Source: the human T2T-CHM13v2.0 reference genome, Homo sapiens. Taken from it: a DNA stretch of 64,000 nucleotides. Positions 1 to 14,156 of the stretch are shown here, in pieces (the first letter of the stretch is position 1; each line of letters starts with the position of its first letter). The stretch lies in assembly GCF_009914755.1 (NCBI RefSeq), contig NC_060931.1. One strand, written 5' to 3'. Both the position numbers and the translations under genes were made by a program. The notes under the pieces were generated by a model. The model worked only from the letters and a program-made list of their open reading frames with translations, was not told the DNA's origin and did no database searches.

Positions 1-96
1 AATAATGCTTATTTCATGGACTGGTATGAGTGTCAATGCAACACATACAGTCTATGTGTTTTAAGTGCTTTGCAGATAAAAAGACAGGGTATCTCT

Positions 97-602
97 TTTT
101 ATTTGTTACTATGTAACAAATCACTCTAACACTTAGTAACTTGAAACAAGAATCATCATTTATTATCTTTCATATTTTCTGGCGGTATGGAGTTCAGGAG
201 CAGCTTAGCTGGGTGATTCTGTTGTGATTTCTCAAGTTGCAGTCGGATGTCTGTTGGAGCTGAGGTCATCTGAAGGCATAACCGGGGCTGGAAGATCCAC
301 TTCCAAGGTGGCTCACTCATGTGGCAGGCAAGTTGGTGCTGGCTGTTGTCAGGAGGCCTCAGTTCACCTTCACATGTGCCTCTGCATAGGATTGTTTGAG
401 TGTCCTTACAACATGGCAGCCACCTTCCCCCTGGAGTGAGAGACCTAAGAGACTGATGTGGAAGTGCAATGCCTTTTATGACCTATCTTTGGAAATCATA
501 CACGGTCGCTTCACCTTTATTCCACTCTTATTTAATGTGAGACGGGGCTACACAAGGGCATGATGCTATCAGTGGGGGTCATCTTGGAGACTGGCTACTA
601 CA
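97..602 (-). mobile_element. MaLR LTR (MLT1F/G/H-like)
   Basis: MLT1-type motifs (GTAACAAATCACTCTAACACTTAGTAACTTGAAACAA ... GGCTCACTCATGTGGC ... CTGGCTACTACA); boundaries approximate. Confidence 0.7.
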
Positions 603-673
603 CCCTTCAAAAAGGCACTATGTCCTATTGTGTTACTGATACTAGGTATAGGAAACTTAAATACAGAATATTT

Positions 674-833
674 TATTTATTTTATTTATTTTGAGACAGG
701 ATCTCACTCTGTGGCTCAGGCTGGAGTGCAGTGGTGCTCACTGCAGCCTTCACCTCCTGGGCTCAATTGATCCTCCCACCTGAGCCTCCCAAGTAGGTGG
801 GACTACAGGTGTGCACCACCATGCCCAGCTAAT
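674..833 (-). mobile_element. Alu right-arm monomer (5'-truncated AluJ or FRAM)
   Basis: (TTTTA)n tail then Alu right arm; TSD TACAGAATATTT at 662-673 and 834-845. Confidence 0.9.
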
Positions 834-937
834 TACAGAATATTTAGAAATCATGCAGTCCATGTAGATACTCAGCATTGTTTTCCTGAAGGAGAGTTCT
901 GTTAACATGACTCCATTGCTGTAAATCACATATCACA

Positions 938-1450
938 TGGTTTGGATTGGGTTCTCCTGAAAGCAGAGCCTGAGACAATGACTTGGGTACTAGGAGTTTA
1001 TTTGGGAAATGGTCCCAGGAAGCAGGAGGATGGGAGTGGGGACAGTGAGCAGGGAAGAAGGGAAAGCCAATATAAAGGTATGTCATGGAGGCTGCTGCTA
1101 TAGCTACTTTGGACTTGATTCCTCTGGGACCTCCTAAGAAGGGGACTGAATGCCTCCCAGCATTATCTACTTGAAAGATGGGAGGCCAGGGCATTTATCC
1201 ACCGACTCCCTCCTTCCACTGACTGAGGGCTTCCCCAGGGGGATTAGCTTCCCTTGCACTTAGGATCTGTGCTTGTGCTCAGGCTGAGGGGCCCCATGGG
1301 ATTGGAGAAGACTCAGCCAAAAAGTAGAACTGTTGGCTCTTGCTGGAGGGAGGATCCTGTCAGCACAAGTGGGTCTGGGCTCACACAGCTGTGGCAGAAA
1401 TCAGAGGTGGGCTGAGGGATGTGATGTAGACACCAGAGGCATTTGCTACA
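938..1450 (-). mobile_element. ERVL LTR (LTR33-like)
   Basis: GGGTTCTCCTGAAAGCAGAGCCTGAGACAA...AGTTTATTTGGGAAATGGTCCCAGGAAGC; similar to 41100-41530. Confidence 0.6.
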
Positions 1451-1481
1451 TCAGGTTTGTAGGAGTTAGGGATTAGGTGGC

Positions 1482-1912
1482 TGTGATAGTTCAGCTCCTC
1501 CAAGAAGCAGATGTTAAGGTGGGAATAGATGTGCAAGGACTGTTTTGGGGGATATGCCTTGAGGAATAGGAGGAGGGAGCTGGAGGAGGCTGGGAGAGCT
1601 GTCAGACTGTGATACAAGTCTGCCCCTGGGGAGGAGAGAGGGAAGGAGGAAAGGTTGGGTAGAAAGTCTTAGGTTGTGGTGCAGGTCTAGGAAAGGTTCA
1701 GCCAGGCTGATGGGGAGGCCTCAAGCGAAAGTCCTCATTGGAAGAGTCCTGGTTTCACAGGCATAGACCTGCCTTTGTGCCCCAGCCTGCATGAAGCATG
1801 GCCTCTGTGCAGACAAACACAGTGGTGGATTCTGAGCACCTCAGCTCAGCTGTCAGGCAGTTATTCTCCCTGCAATCATTGATCTGAAAGGTCTATTTTT
1901 ATGGCTGCCACA
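1482..1912 (-). mobile_element. ERVL LTR (LTR16-like)
   Basis: CTCCAAGAAGCAGATGTTAAGGTGGGAATAGATGTGCAAGG motif; ends near GGCTGCCACA. Confidence 0.55.
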
Positions 1913-2589
1913 GGTAGTGTCATGCGTGGACAGCACAGGTAGCTGCAACAAAGCTTGTATTCGGGGGAAACCAGAGGTCATGCATCCGTATATGCTAACA
2001 TATCTCCTTCCTCTTCTCTTTCTTGCACCATAAGGGAGCAAGACTTTTGTTTAATTGTTGCCCTCCCTTCTGGCTCAATTCTGAAAGAAGTAACAGATTG
2101 AATCAGTAACACTTGCAGATAAACACATTATCCAAATTCTTTAATTCTATGACGGATGGAAGGGTTCTGGGACAACACGAGGGCATATGGAATTAAGGAA
2201 AAGGGCACAGATCTGAAGGACTGAGGGCCACACTGGACACTCTTTCCAATTATGCCACAGCCCGCCTGCTGGAAGTGGAGCCAAACCAGCATTCAGACTC
2301 TGTAGTGCATAGCAGGTGAAATGTCCTTCAAATGAAGTGTCTGTCCAGCGCCACTTTTTTCTAAATCTGGAATATTTTGAGGGAGGGTGTATTTTTCTGA
2401 GTGGTTTGAGAAATTAAATGAATATTGCCTAGGTGGCTGGAATATTTGAGTGAGGAAGTGGGGTTGGGGGAGGAAACGATCCCAAGATTTTTCAGATGGC
2501 GATCCATGAGCCACTTGGAAAAGAATCCCAAAAACTTAAAAATATTAATTTCCTGTTTTCCCTGACCCATGTCCCCTCACACAAGATCA

Positions 2590-2683
2590 ACTGATTTAGA
2601 ACTTCCGGGGATGAGACCCAGGAATCAGTAATTTTACCAGTGTTTCTGGTGATTCTTGTGAACACTAACATTGGAGAACCACG
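2590..2683. mobile_element. hAT-Charlie MITE (MER5-like) fragment
   Basis: CCCAGGAATCAGTAATTTT...GGTGATTCT...TTGGAGAACCAC terminal motif. Confidence 0.55.
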
Positions 2684-2759
2684 GGTTCAAAGCTAATTGT
2701 AGTAGGACAAAGGACATAAAGATCATAGCTAGGGCAGTTTAGTTTCTAACACATAATTG

Positions 2760-3723
2760 AGGTCTTTCTATATCTTCTCTCCTGAACTGTAGAAACCAAC
2801 TGCCTCCAACTTCCAGCTATGTCCTTGATATCCCAAACTCAGTGTGTACATAGCCAAACACCTAATCACTGACCTGGTCCTTGCTAAGATGCTTCTCCAC
2901 CAGCCTTCCCCATTACAGTATTGACAGCTGTGTCCTTTCCCATTTGCTCAGACCAGGCTCATCTGCCCCCACCCTACGCCACCCCTCACACTTCATAGCA
3001 TCCAGTTAGCTCAGTTTCACAATATAGCCAGAATCTTCTTAACACTTCTCTCCACCTCCATTGCTCCCTTCCTGTTCTGATTGCCATAATCACTCATTTG
3101 ACTTTCGACAAGAGCCTCCTGACAGGTCTGCCTGCCTCAGTCTTTGCAATTCGCCCTGCCCCCACCTTGACCCTTGGCTGAAAACCACTCAATGGCCCCC
3201 TACTTCTCTTCAAGTAGAAACCAAAGTCCTTACAGTGGCTTAGTTAGGACCCCAACTATGCCCTGACCTCATCTTCTATTCCCTCATTTCTTCTGCTCTA
3301 GCCATGCTCGCCTCCCTGCTATCCTGGAGTACGTGAAGCATGGCCTTGCCCCAGGACCTTTGCACTGGCTGCCCTTTCTGCCTGGACCCCTCTTCCCTCG
3401 GATCTCTGGGTAACTCTTTCCCTCACCTCCTTTGCTTAAGTGTTACCTTCTCCGTGAGGCCTGCTATGACCTCCCCTATTTAAACTGCAACCCTTCCTGT
3501 TCTGAATTCCCTTTACCTGTCTTGATTTTTTCTGCATAGCACAGCGTATTCTAATATGCTATATAACTTACTTATTATGTTTATTTCTTACCTCTCCCCA
3601 ACAGAAGGTGAGCTCTAAATGGACAGGGATTTTTGTTTTATTCACTGCTAGACCCCAGGGTCTGGAACAGTGCCTGGCATATGGAAGATATTCAGTAAAT
3701 GTTTGCTAAATGAGTGACTGAAT
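2760..3723 (+). mobile_element. L2 3' fragment
   Basis: CCAGGACCTTTGCACTGGCTG...ACAGTGCCTGGCATAT...TCAGTAAATGTTTGCTAAATGAGTGA, the L2 3' end. Confidence 0.8.
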
Positions 3724-3859
3724 TGCATAGAGTGGAATGAGAGGAAGCACATGTTTTTATGAAATGATTCCTTATAGAGAATTTTCCATATCCAGATCAA
3801 AAGAGGCCTGTGAGTTTAGATCATCCACAGAAAGATACAAATCACTTCGGAAGAGTGAG

Positions 3860-4085
3860 CAATAAACTTTAATTCAGTGTTTACTGTGTGCTAGAAACGA
3901 CGCTAAACATTTTCACCAGCATTATCTCTTTAAATCATTCCAACAACCAACCCTATCATGGGAGTCTACTGTTCTTATTTTACAAATGGGAGAGTTGAGG
4001 CCCAGAGAGGTTAAGGAACTTGTCCAGGGTTGCACAGCTAAGTGTCAGACTCAGAATGTGACCTAATGCTGTGAGTCCAAAGTCT
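3860..4085 (-). mobile_element. MIR
   Basis: MIR core ATTTTACAAATGGGAGAGTTGAGGCCCAGAGAGGTTAAGGAACTTGTCCAGGG. Confidence 0.8.
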
Positions 4086-4317
4086 GAGTAGACTGCTGCT
4101 TCAGAGTGTGGCCCTTCCTAGTGATACTTCTGTTTAAGTGTCTGTTTACTTAACCTCTATTGGTCCCTTTAAAAATCAAAGTTTACAAGCTTGAAGCTGT
4201 GGCTCATACACTTTGTGCTTAAAAATGTTTATTTTGATTATGCTAATATTGCTTCATTGTTTATTTAGCTGAGTTTCTGTGACACTTGTAGGAACATGTG
4301 CTCTCACCTCTGTGTAC

Positions 4318-4684
<367 letters not shown>

Positions 4685-4779
4685 TAACTTCAGAGACTCC
4701 CTTTCTCCTTCCAGTGGACTTTTAGAACTCTTTAGGGGTCCCTCTGAAGACATATTCAGCACAGTCTGTGTTATAGTAC

Positions 4780-5340
4780 TATCCTGTTTCATTCAAGTCA
4801 ACAGATTTCTTGAGCATCTCAAGAAGCTAAGCTGCTAGGCTCTGAGGACATAAAATGATAAATGCATGGTCTTGCCTACCTGGGCTCTCAGTGGAGCTAG
4901 GGAAAATGACAGAAAATGCTGTATAGCCATGAAGGACCAGAGATAGCATCTCCATGGCATAGGATCAAAGCTGGCTGCAGCAGGAAGTGGGATGAGTTTG
5001 CCCAGAGTGAGGGGAAAGGGGATAGATTGACAGGAGGAGGTGAAGTCCAGGTAGGCTTCAGGCAGTGCAGGGCTTGGGAAGTGGGGAAAGGAAAGGTCAT
5101 TCTAGCAGCAAAGAGGGCCCCAGCGACAGGCAAAGTGCAGTAACATGGTGTGTTTGAGGGGGACTCTACTTGAACTTGCTGTTGGGTGGGGAGTGCTGAG
5201 AGTAAAGGGTGGGAATGAAATGATGAGATTCCAATTGTGCAGAGCTGGGGATAAAGAGGTGAGGAATCTATAATCCTTGTGGGAGGGTTTTGAAGGAGGT
5301 AGATTCTTGACTTACTTGAGATTATGGTTCTGCAATAGGG
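4780..5340 (-). mobile_element. L2 fragment (degenerate)
   Basis: Antisense L2 3'-end-like motifs (TTTCTTGAGCATC...GCTAGGCTCTGAGGACATAAAATGATAAA). Confidence 0.5.
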
Positions 5341-5714
5341 TGAGGGGTGGGCAGGACTCATGGCCCACTGTGTCATTTAATCCCCTTCACTGGAGGGAAA
5401 CCTCTGCCTAGAGTAGACCATTTCTTACATACTTTCCTGTGCCCTGCACTGCTTTGCTTAGAGTAGATACTTAGTACATACATAGTGAATAAATGTGTGT
5501 TTACCCCCTCCCAGTTTATTTCTGTAATTTTATTTTTTTAATGGAGATTTCTTTTAAGAGCAATTGGGGATAGATTCAGACATCAGGAGATCTGCTCTCA
5601 CACGGACTGCAGATAGGCAGGTAATTGTGGGCAGCATTCTCTTCAGTTACTTTGCACATTAATTTGCTCCTTGTAAGATGGAAAATTTCCTCCTCTTTCT
5701 TTTTCCTGGATTAA

Positions 5715-6000
<286 letters not shown>

Positions 6001-6909
6001 CCTCTTTCCTGGATTTTATCAAAATATTTGACTGCTCTGAGAATATTCCTTTTCAGAACAAATGCATTTGGTATGGGACATTGTGGGAGTGGATTCACAT
6101 AGGTTGAAGTGACCAGATGTTTGGGTTACCAATGTTACTGCTTGCATAGAGGGCAAAGGAGATAACAACAGATGGATTTGCCTGCATCCTGGATCTCTTT
6201 TAATTTTCTCAGCCATAAATCAATTCTTACATTCAAATAGAAAAAATATATGATCTCTAAAAAACCATGAGAAAAAAACAAAAAAAAATCCACCAAAAAT
6301 TTTGAGTAATGGAAATAATTAGGATTTTTTTTTTGTTTAACTTAACTACAATCTTTAGTAGAAGCGTGAGTACTTGCCTACCACATTCTGTTGATATGTT
6401 TATGGGTTTATTTTCAGAGAGGAAAAGTGAGAGAGAGAAAAAATGGAGAGAGAAAGAGGAGAAAGGGAGAGATGGAGGAGAGAAAGATCTTCAGATGTTT
6501 AGCTACTTGTCTGCAGTAGAGAATCCCTTGAGACACAGAACTAAAATTAGCCAGAAGCAAATACCCATTAAATGCCAAAGCATACTCCATGGCCCAGAAG
6601 ACTTGTCTGGTGCTTAGAGGTAAAGTTTGGCCTATTTGTCCCTATGCTGAAGCCTAGTCTATGACCCTGTTCTCTGGACATCATGTTCCCGTAGCATGTA
6701 CACAAATTAACTGATGATTGTGATGGGATTCTGTGCTTCTATATCCAGCCTCAATCTGAGAGATTCTTAAAGATTCTTATCTTAAACTTATTCTAAAATA
6801 AAAATCCACTCTAGTCAGTGGAGAAATTACTTTGTAGGTCTATGTTATTCTCTATTTATATTTCTTATATGAAGTCCTCCTTTTTCTTCAGGGAAAATAA
6901 TGAAGTCTT

Positions 6910-7760
6910 ACATTTTTGTATTGCTTTATAATTTACAAAGTGCTTATCATCCATAACTCCGTGGAAATGTTACTGTGCTGTGAGAAAGGATATTTTTATC
7001 CCAATTCACAGTGAAGAAACTCGAGCTTCTGATATTTTCCTGAAGTCTCTTGGCTAGCACTCAGCAGAGTTGTGTCCGGTATCTTTATATACGAACTCCT
7101 AGACCAGGATTTGCACCATAAAAAGTACTGACTATTAAACTGCAGTAAACCTGCAAATCTTAGTAGGGAAATCAGTTGTGTTCTAATATCTAACTACCTG
7201 ATTCAAGCAGAAGTTAAAGTAAAAAGTACACATTCAAATAAAACAGCAGCTAATTATTGAACACTTACTGTGTGTTAGTAGGACTAGGAATTTAAAAGGT
7301 TTATAATCTCTAATTCTCCTGACAACCTTAGGAGGTATGGCACTGTGGTCACTTCCGTTTTTCTAGATAAGGAAAGGGCTTATGAAAGTTAAGAAAATGT
7401 CAGAGGTCGCACAGCTAGTAAACAGCAGAACTGTGAATCCAAGTCAGTTAGATGCCAGAGCTAAGGGATTAGCCACTCTTGTGATCGTCAAGGAAAGTTC
7501 ATCAAAGGTTGTTTTTTTTACATGATGGAACAACAGCAACTAAAAATAATATTTATTAAGTGCTTCCTCTACGTAGATATAGTGCTATATGTTTTACGTG
7601 TAATTTCTCATTCACTCCTTACAACAAATCTATAAAGGAGGAATAATGAATTGATCCCATTTTACAGATGGTACAACTGAGGCACAGAGGGGTGAAGTAT
7701 CATGCCCAAGTTCACATGACGAGTAAGTAGCAGAGCTGGGATCTGAACCCAAATAATGGT
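6910..7760 (-). mobile_element. Three consecutive MIR elements (about 6910-7110, 7250-7480, 7545-7760)
   Basis: Three MIR cores, the clearest being CCCATTTTACAGATGGTACAACTGAGGCACAGAGGGGTGAAGT. Confidence 0.7.
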
Positions 7761-8099
7761 TCTCTCAGGATCTGGGCGTTTCTTGTGTATCCAATGCCAC
7801 AAAACAGTCTTCTCTTTCTCTGCTGTGGTCAAAGTCTTGGAAGGTGTGGGATTGTTCATTATGCTTAGGGCTCCTTGGGCATGTCAGCATCGTCATGCCT
7901 TCTTGGATAAGCTGGTAATAAGCAAACTTTTCCTACATGGAAAGGAAGAATTTAATAGGAGCTTTCTACAAGGACTTTGTTATGGAGAGTCTGTCTGGAA
8001 ATCGTTGAGACTGAGCTGTAAATAGGCTTCAAAGATTTTCACTCTAAGACAGGAGTTGGACAAGTTAGAAGTTTACTTCTATGAGTCTAAAGAAAGAAC

Positions 8100-8403
<304 letters not shown>

Positions 8404-9439
8404 CTATTAATAACAGTTGACAAAAAGAAAAAAAATCTCTGGGACCGATTATCACAGTCTCTTAAACCAGATTATCAGGCTGCCACTTGCTACTTATTTA
8501 TTTTATATTATTATTGAATTCAGGTTCACAGAATTGGATTGATCATAACCCTTGGCTTGTAATATATTGTCTACGTTGGTCTTTGCAACTTGTTTATAGT
8601 GATTATTGTTTTAAACCCTATTTTAAAGCATAGTTGATAACCGATGATAATATATGCTTCTGGGTACTCTGGACCCAGAGATACAGCACTGGCACGTGGT
8701 TTGTCTGTGGAATATTGACCCACATTCCAGACATAAACTCTAGGAGGAATGGCTGTAGTCAGCCCTGCAACCCAGAACATGGTGGCAAATGGCCCTGCCA
8801 CAGACATGAAGTCTCTCTCCTTTCCACCAGGGGTTAAGGTTTCAGGGCAGAGTCAGCTATGGGCTTGGTGAGGACATAGTATTTATGACATACTCTCCAA
8901 ATACCAAGGAGATAAAACAAATAAGTGGAATTTTCCAGGAAAACTGAGGCAACGTTTCCAGTGCCCTGAAAATCCTCAGAATCATCTCTCTGCCATTTAA
9001 AAATGTTGCTCATGCCCTCAACCATTTTTCTTGGGAGGGCCAGCTGGGGTGAGGGCAGCAGAGCTGCTGCTTATGGGAAGTCTTGTGGAAGCTGCACCTT
9101 GCCCGTGGTCTGGTTAGAGACTCTGCCTCCATTTCTTAAGAGTCATTCATAAGGAGAAGTCGAGGTTGCCTTGGAGAGAAATCTCTTCCCAAACCACCCA
9201 TCTGGCAAAAATTTTCATATTAATCTCTTTCTTCCTCGTTGCAACTTTTTCTCTCTGCTTCTATGGAAAACATTTGTTCCAACATTCCTACCCCTCGTCA
9301 AAGTGGATTTTAATTCTGAAACCAAAGTGAGACCAGGCATTTTGTTTCTAGTGGTTGAGGTCATTGTCACCACTCCTCTTCCAAGGGCATTTGGCTAAGT
9401 TTTCTTTTTTGGTTATTTGTCTCTGATTTGGCAGCATGT

Positions 9440-9670
9440 TACAGTGGCTGCCATCACACTGAGCAGTTTCAAGTTTCAACTCTAACATTTACTAGTGTAT
9501 TTTTTAAAACCTTGGACAACATATTTAACTTTGCTAAATTTTAGTATTCATCTGTGAGATAATGGCAACTACCTCATAAAGCTGTTATGATAATTCAGAT
9601 ATCCTTTGTAAGGCATTTAGCACAGCACTGGGCACATAGTGTGTGCTCAGTAAATGTTTGTTACTGATAT
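9440..9670 (+). mobile_element. MIR
   Basis: CATCTGTGAGATAATGG...GTAAGGCATTTAGCACAG...GTGCTCAGTAAATG. Confidence 0.7.
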
Positions 9671-9699
9671 TATTGTGAAATGTGTCTTAATATACTTGT

Positions 9700-10300
9700 A
9701 GTTTTATTTCTTCTCTGTGGATGCCCTGAAGTAGCACTTCTGGGCCCAGCAGAATGTGTGCTATACACTTTAATATATGGTGCCAGATTATTATCAAAAA
9801 AGTTTGCAACAATTTAGAGTCTTATTATTAGTGAGCAAGTGTAGCTATCTTCCTCAAACCTTACCAACCTTACCAGGAAATTAAAAATCATCTCAATTTT
9901 GGCTAATATCATGGGCATAAATGATTTCTCCTTATTTTAAATTTGCCTTTTCCTGGGATCTAATGAGATTAAGCATCAATGCATAGCTTGTTGGCCATTT
10001 TCAGATTCTCTTCTACATCTGAACAGGCCAGGGCTCTTCGTAGTCTTTGTCTATGGGATTTTATAAATATTGCTATTTTAAGTATTACTGATTTGTAACA
10101 GCTCTTCATGAGTTAAGGATATTACATATATTGAAAATACATTTTCTCTCATTTTCCTGTTTTGTAATCTTATGCTGCCATTTATATTTTTCATATAGAT
10201 TGATAATAGCCATTTTTCTTTCATGTATTCTGTTATTCATCAAACACTATTGTACACCCAGTATCTGTTCAAAACTGCAGAAGACAAAGGTGGTTTTTTT
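9700..10300 (-). mobile_element. Old L1M ORF2 3' fragment
   Basis: Degenerate antisense L1 motifs (TTTTAAATTTGCCTTTTCCTG...TTGTTGGCCATTT). Confidence 0.5.
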
Positions 10301-10812
10301 TGGTTGTGAAAGTGGCTTGCCATTTTTATAGCATATTTTTCTTTATATATCAGCTTTTCCCTAATTATTTATTTTGAAGAATTAACCTGAGAGTAAACTT
10401 AGGTGTAAAGTTTTGCTCTCATTTTCATTCTCTTTTTCTCTCAAAGAAAAAGTAAAAAAAAGAACTCTTTAAAACATATATTGTGGCTTCTGATTTTGAT
10501 TACATGATCATCTAAGGATTAGTTTCGGAAACTTAAACTTATGGATATTAAGAAGCATAAACCAAAAAATACTCCAGTCTCAAAGCCTCATATTTTTGTA
10601 ATCGACTTGAAAAGTTTCTTAATAATGAAGAGCTCTTATTTTGAAGAAATATATTTATAAAATTCAGCAATTTCTTAACTGTCATTTTTTTCCCCTTCAA
10701 ATCCAAGTCAAATTAAGTAGAATAATTTATAAAAGAGTAGTTACAGATGCTGTCTCTGGGTAGTAGAATTGGAATGATTTGAATATATTTGTGTGTGTGT
10801 GTATCACACATG

Positions 10813-12340
10813 CAGTTGGCCCTTGAACAATGCAGGGGCTAGGGTTGCTGATCCCCTGCACAGCCAAAAATCTGTGTTTAACTTTTGACTCTGCAAAAAT
10901 GTAGCTACTAATAGCCTACTATGAACTGGAAGACTTACATAAACAGTTAACACATATTTTGTGTGTTATATGTATTACATACTATATTCTTATGATAAAG
11001 TAAGCTAAAGAAAAGAAAATATTAAGAAATCATAAGGAAGAGGAAATAGATTCACTATTCATTAAGGGGAAGTGGATCATCATAAAGGTCTTGATCCTTG
11101 TCATCTTCTCTTTGAGTAGGTTGGGGAGGAAGGGGTTGGTCTTGCTTTCTTAGGGTCAGTAGAAGTGTAAGAGGTGGAGAAGGTGGGAGGGGAGGCAGGA
11201 GAGGCAAGCACACTTGGTGTAATTTTATGGAAATACATGATAATTTCTGTCGACTTTTTTGCTTTCTCATTTCTCTAAAAGTGTTTCTGTATAGTGCTGA
11301 TCCTTCTTCCACTGTTTGCTTTAGTTTCAGTGCCCCTATCATAGAAGGGTCCATGTTATAAAAGCAGTTAAAGCAGTTTTGAATAATTGGAATGCTTCTG
11401 CTGTATTGTCTAATGTCAGTTTGTTTCCTGGCACTGCTTCTTCTACACTGTTTTCCTCATTGTCTGGTGCTGGTTCAGAAACACTCATCTCCATCGTGTT
11501 GTCTTCTGTTAATTCCTGTGGCATCTGTTAGCTCTTAAATTTCTCCAGGATCCATATCTTGAAACCGTTCACCCTCCACCTATTTTTTTTTCCTTTGGCC
11601 ATATCCACAATCTCTTTCATGATTTCCTTGATTGGTGCTCTTGTCAATCTTGTGAAGTCATGCACAATATCTGGACACAGTTTATTTTCCAGCAGGAATT
11701 TATTGTTTCAGGAATTTATTGTTTCAGGCTTGATGGCTTTTTCTATGACAACAGTGGTATCTTCAACGGTGTAATCCTTGTAGACTTTGTGATGTTCTCT
11801 CTACTGGGGTTTTCTTCCATAGCATTGACAAATCTTTTCCATAGGGTACTGTGTGTAATGAGCTTTAAGGATCCTTATGATTCTGGGTCTAGAGGCTGAA
11901 TTAGAGATGTTGTGTTTAGTCACAAATGGACTACTTCAATGCCCTTGATGATGAACTCATGGGGTTCTGGGTGGTCAGCGGCATTGTCCAATATCAAAAG
12001 AACTTTAAAAAGCAGTCCCTTACAGGTAGGGTACTTCCTGACTTCAGGGACAAAGCGTTGATGAAAACAGTCCAGAAAAAGGGTTCTTGTCCAGGCTGCC
12101 TTGTTGTACCTCCAAAAGGCTGGCAGCTGGTGTTTCTCTTTTCCCTCCAAGCTTCAGGGTTAGCAGCTTTATAGATAAGGGCAGTTCTGTTTATAAACCC
12201 TACTTGTGGATGCAGTTCATCTGCAAGTTTTTTCAAATTGTCACAAACCTCTAACATTTTTCTGACATATTTATTGAAAAAAAATTGGGTCTAAAAGTGG
12301 AGCCATGCAGTTGAAACCCATGTTGTTCAAGGGTCCACTG
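10813..12340 (-). mobile_element. Tigger2-type (pogo family) DNA transposon, internally deleted, with decayed transposase
   Basis: TIRs CAGTTGGCCCTTGAACAA and TTGTTCAAGGGTCCACTG; minus-strand ORF fragments with pogo/CENP-B DDE motif (FLDCFHQRFVPEVRKY...KVLLILDNAADHPE). Confidence 0.85.
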
Positions 12341-13506
12341 TTTATGATTTTCTCATTTTTCTACCAAGAATGTGTATTGCTTTCATAATTGGATAAAGGA
12401 CCACACAATTTAAAAAGGAAAAGAGAGAAAGTCCTTTTTAATGCCCTCACCTTCCACTAATCGTTCCCCTCATGTTTGCAAACTCATTTTTTTAAAAGAA
12501 CTCTCCTTTTCAGGGATAGCATGCATAGTTTTCCATGTTGGGTGCTCCTGTCTACAAGATTTTTAGTTTCTTTAAGACAGGGCCTGGGTCTCTACATCAT
12601 TTCCATTCTTCTGGTCCAACTCCGCCCAGCCTCCAGCTTCCCCTCCCAGGAGGGAGTCCTGAGCAAATGCAGAGGCCCTTGTTCCCGGCACGCTCTCATA
12701 GGTGCCCTGCAGTGGGTGAGGGAGAGGAGTGAGTAGCAGGTTCAGGCTTGGGGAAGTATGGTGATGAGAACCCACACTGCAGGAGCTTAAAGTTCTCTAA
12801 ACCAGCTCTTAGAATTTTGAAGTTGCATCCAGTATAAATGAAAGGCTTGAATGCTTACTTACGTGTTGGATCAGTGTAATAAATAAAATGATCAAATGGC
12901 AGGGAATAGACTAACCTCGCAGTCTCTTCCCATGAACAGTATTTGTGGGAACAAAGCCATTTTTGGAGAGCAGAGAAAATAATTTATTGGTAGAGGTTTG
13001 GGACATTGTCACAAGGGACCGAAAGGATAACACACATAGGAACCTTTCAAATGCTGATATTATCAGAAAAAAAGCCTTTCATTGAAAGGGGAGCTGTTTA
13101 TAATTTGATTCCTCCCCCATGAAACTCAGATCCTTCTTACATCCATGCTTTCCCACAGAGGAGGAAACCTCCGAAAGGGAGAATGAGTACAGAAAGTGGG
13201 AAAGCAGGAAATGGGGCCCTAGGAGCTTGAGATGAGGGTGAAACCTCGAGAGGCAAGAAATGCTTCAACCGTGCAATGAGTCATGCAGAGTGAAATTAGG
13301 TCTGGGCTTCAGTTTCCTTTCTTTGCTCCCAAATCTTGCCATTATCTTGATTTTTGTCTCTATTCTGCTTGTAGTATCTTTATTCCAAAGAGGGAAGGCT
13401 GTTTCTGACATCTTTACAGGCCTTAGCATGCTTAATGTTGGAAGGCAAACACATTAGAGTACACCTACATCCCCAATTAAATATAAGTAAATATTTGATG
13501 AGATAC

Positions 13507-13584
13507 TATGTTGAACCATGTGAAATTGCCATTTATAAAGGTCAAAAATGGTCAGATATTAGCAGTTTCATAATTTCAATCTAA
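13507..13584. mobile_element. MADE2 (Hsmar2 mariner MITE)
   Basis: About 80-bp imperfect palindrome: TGTTGAACCATGTGAAATTGCC ... GCAGTTTCATAATTTCAATCTAA. Confidence 0.75.
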
Positions 13585-13587
13585 TGA

Positions 13588-13884
13588 CTTTTTTTTTGAG
13601 GTAGGGTCTCTGTCACCCAGGCTGGGGTGCAATAGTGCTATCCCGGCTCACTGCAGTCTCGGCCCCCTGGGCTCAAGCAATCCTCCCACCTCAGCCTCCC
13701 AAGTAGCTAGGACTATAGGCATGTGCTACCACATCCAGCTAATTTTTAAAAATGTTTTGTGGAGGGTGGGGGCTGAGGTCTTGCTTTTTTGCCCAGCCTT
13801 GTTTTGAACTGGCTTCAAGCAGTCCTTCTGCTTACTGGCCTCCCAAAGTTTTGGGATTACAGGTATGAGCCCCTGCACCCAGCC
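13588..13884 (-). mobile_element. AluJ
   Basis: Alu body; degenerate TSD CTAATGACTTT / CTAGTAACTTT. Confidence 0.9.
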
Positions 13885-14156
13885 CTAGTAACTTTACTTT
13901 TGAAATTATTTAACTGTAAGTGCTGCATTTAATTTACAATTCGCTATTATTTGTCAGCATCTATTACATATGGGCTGGAATTTACATGAACTGAGAAATT
14001 CTGACCTGCAGATGGTGATTAGAGGTAATGATATTTTAAATGTTGATGAATACTAAATTTAACAATTAATGGAGTTCACATAATGTGGCATCTGTAAACA
14101 TTGCATTAAACATTTATTCATTAGAGCCTCTTAATTGTTCTTTTTTATTTTGGAGC

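Noticed and set aside
6415-6490. GA-rich purine tract and the 102-aa ORF spanning it
   Set aside because: Low-complexity sequence; the charged peptide is a compositional artefact.
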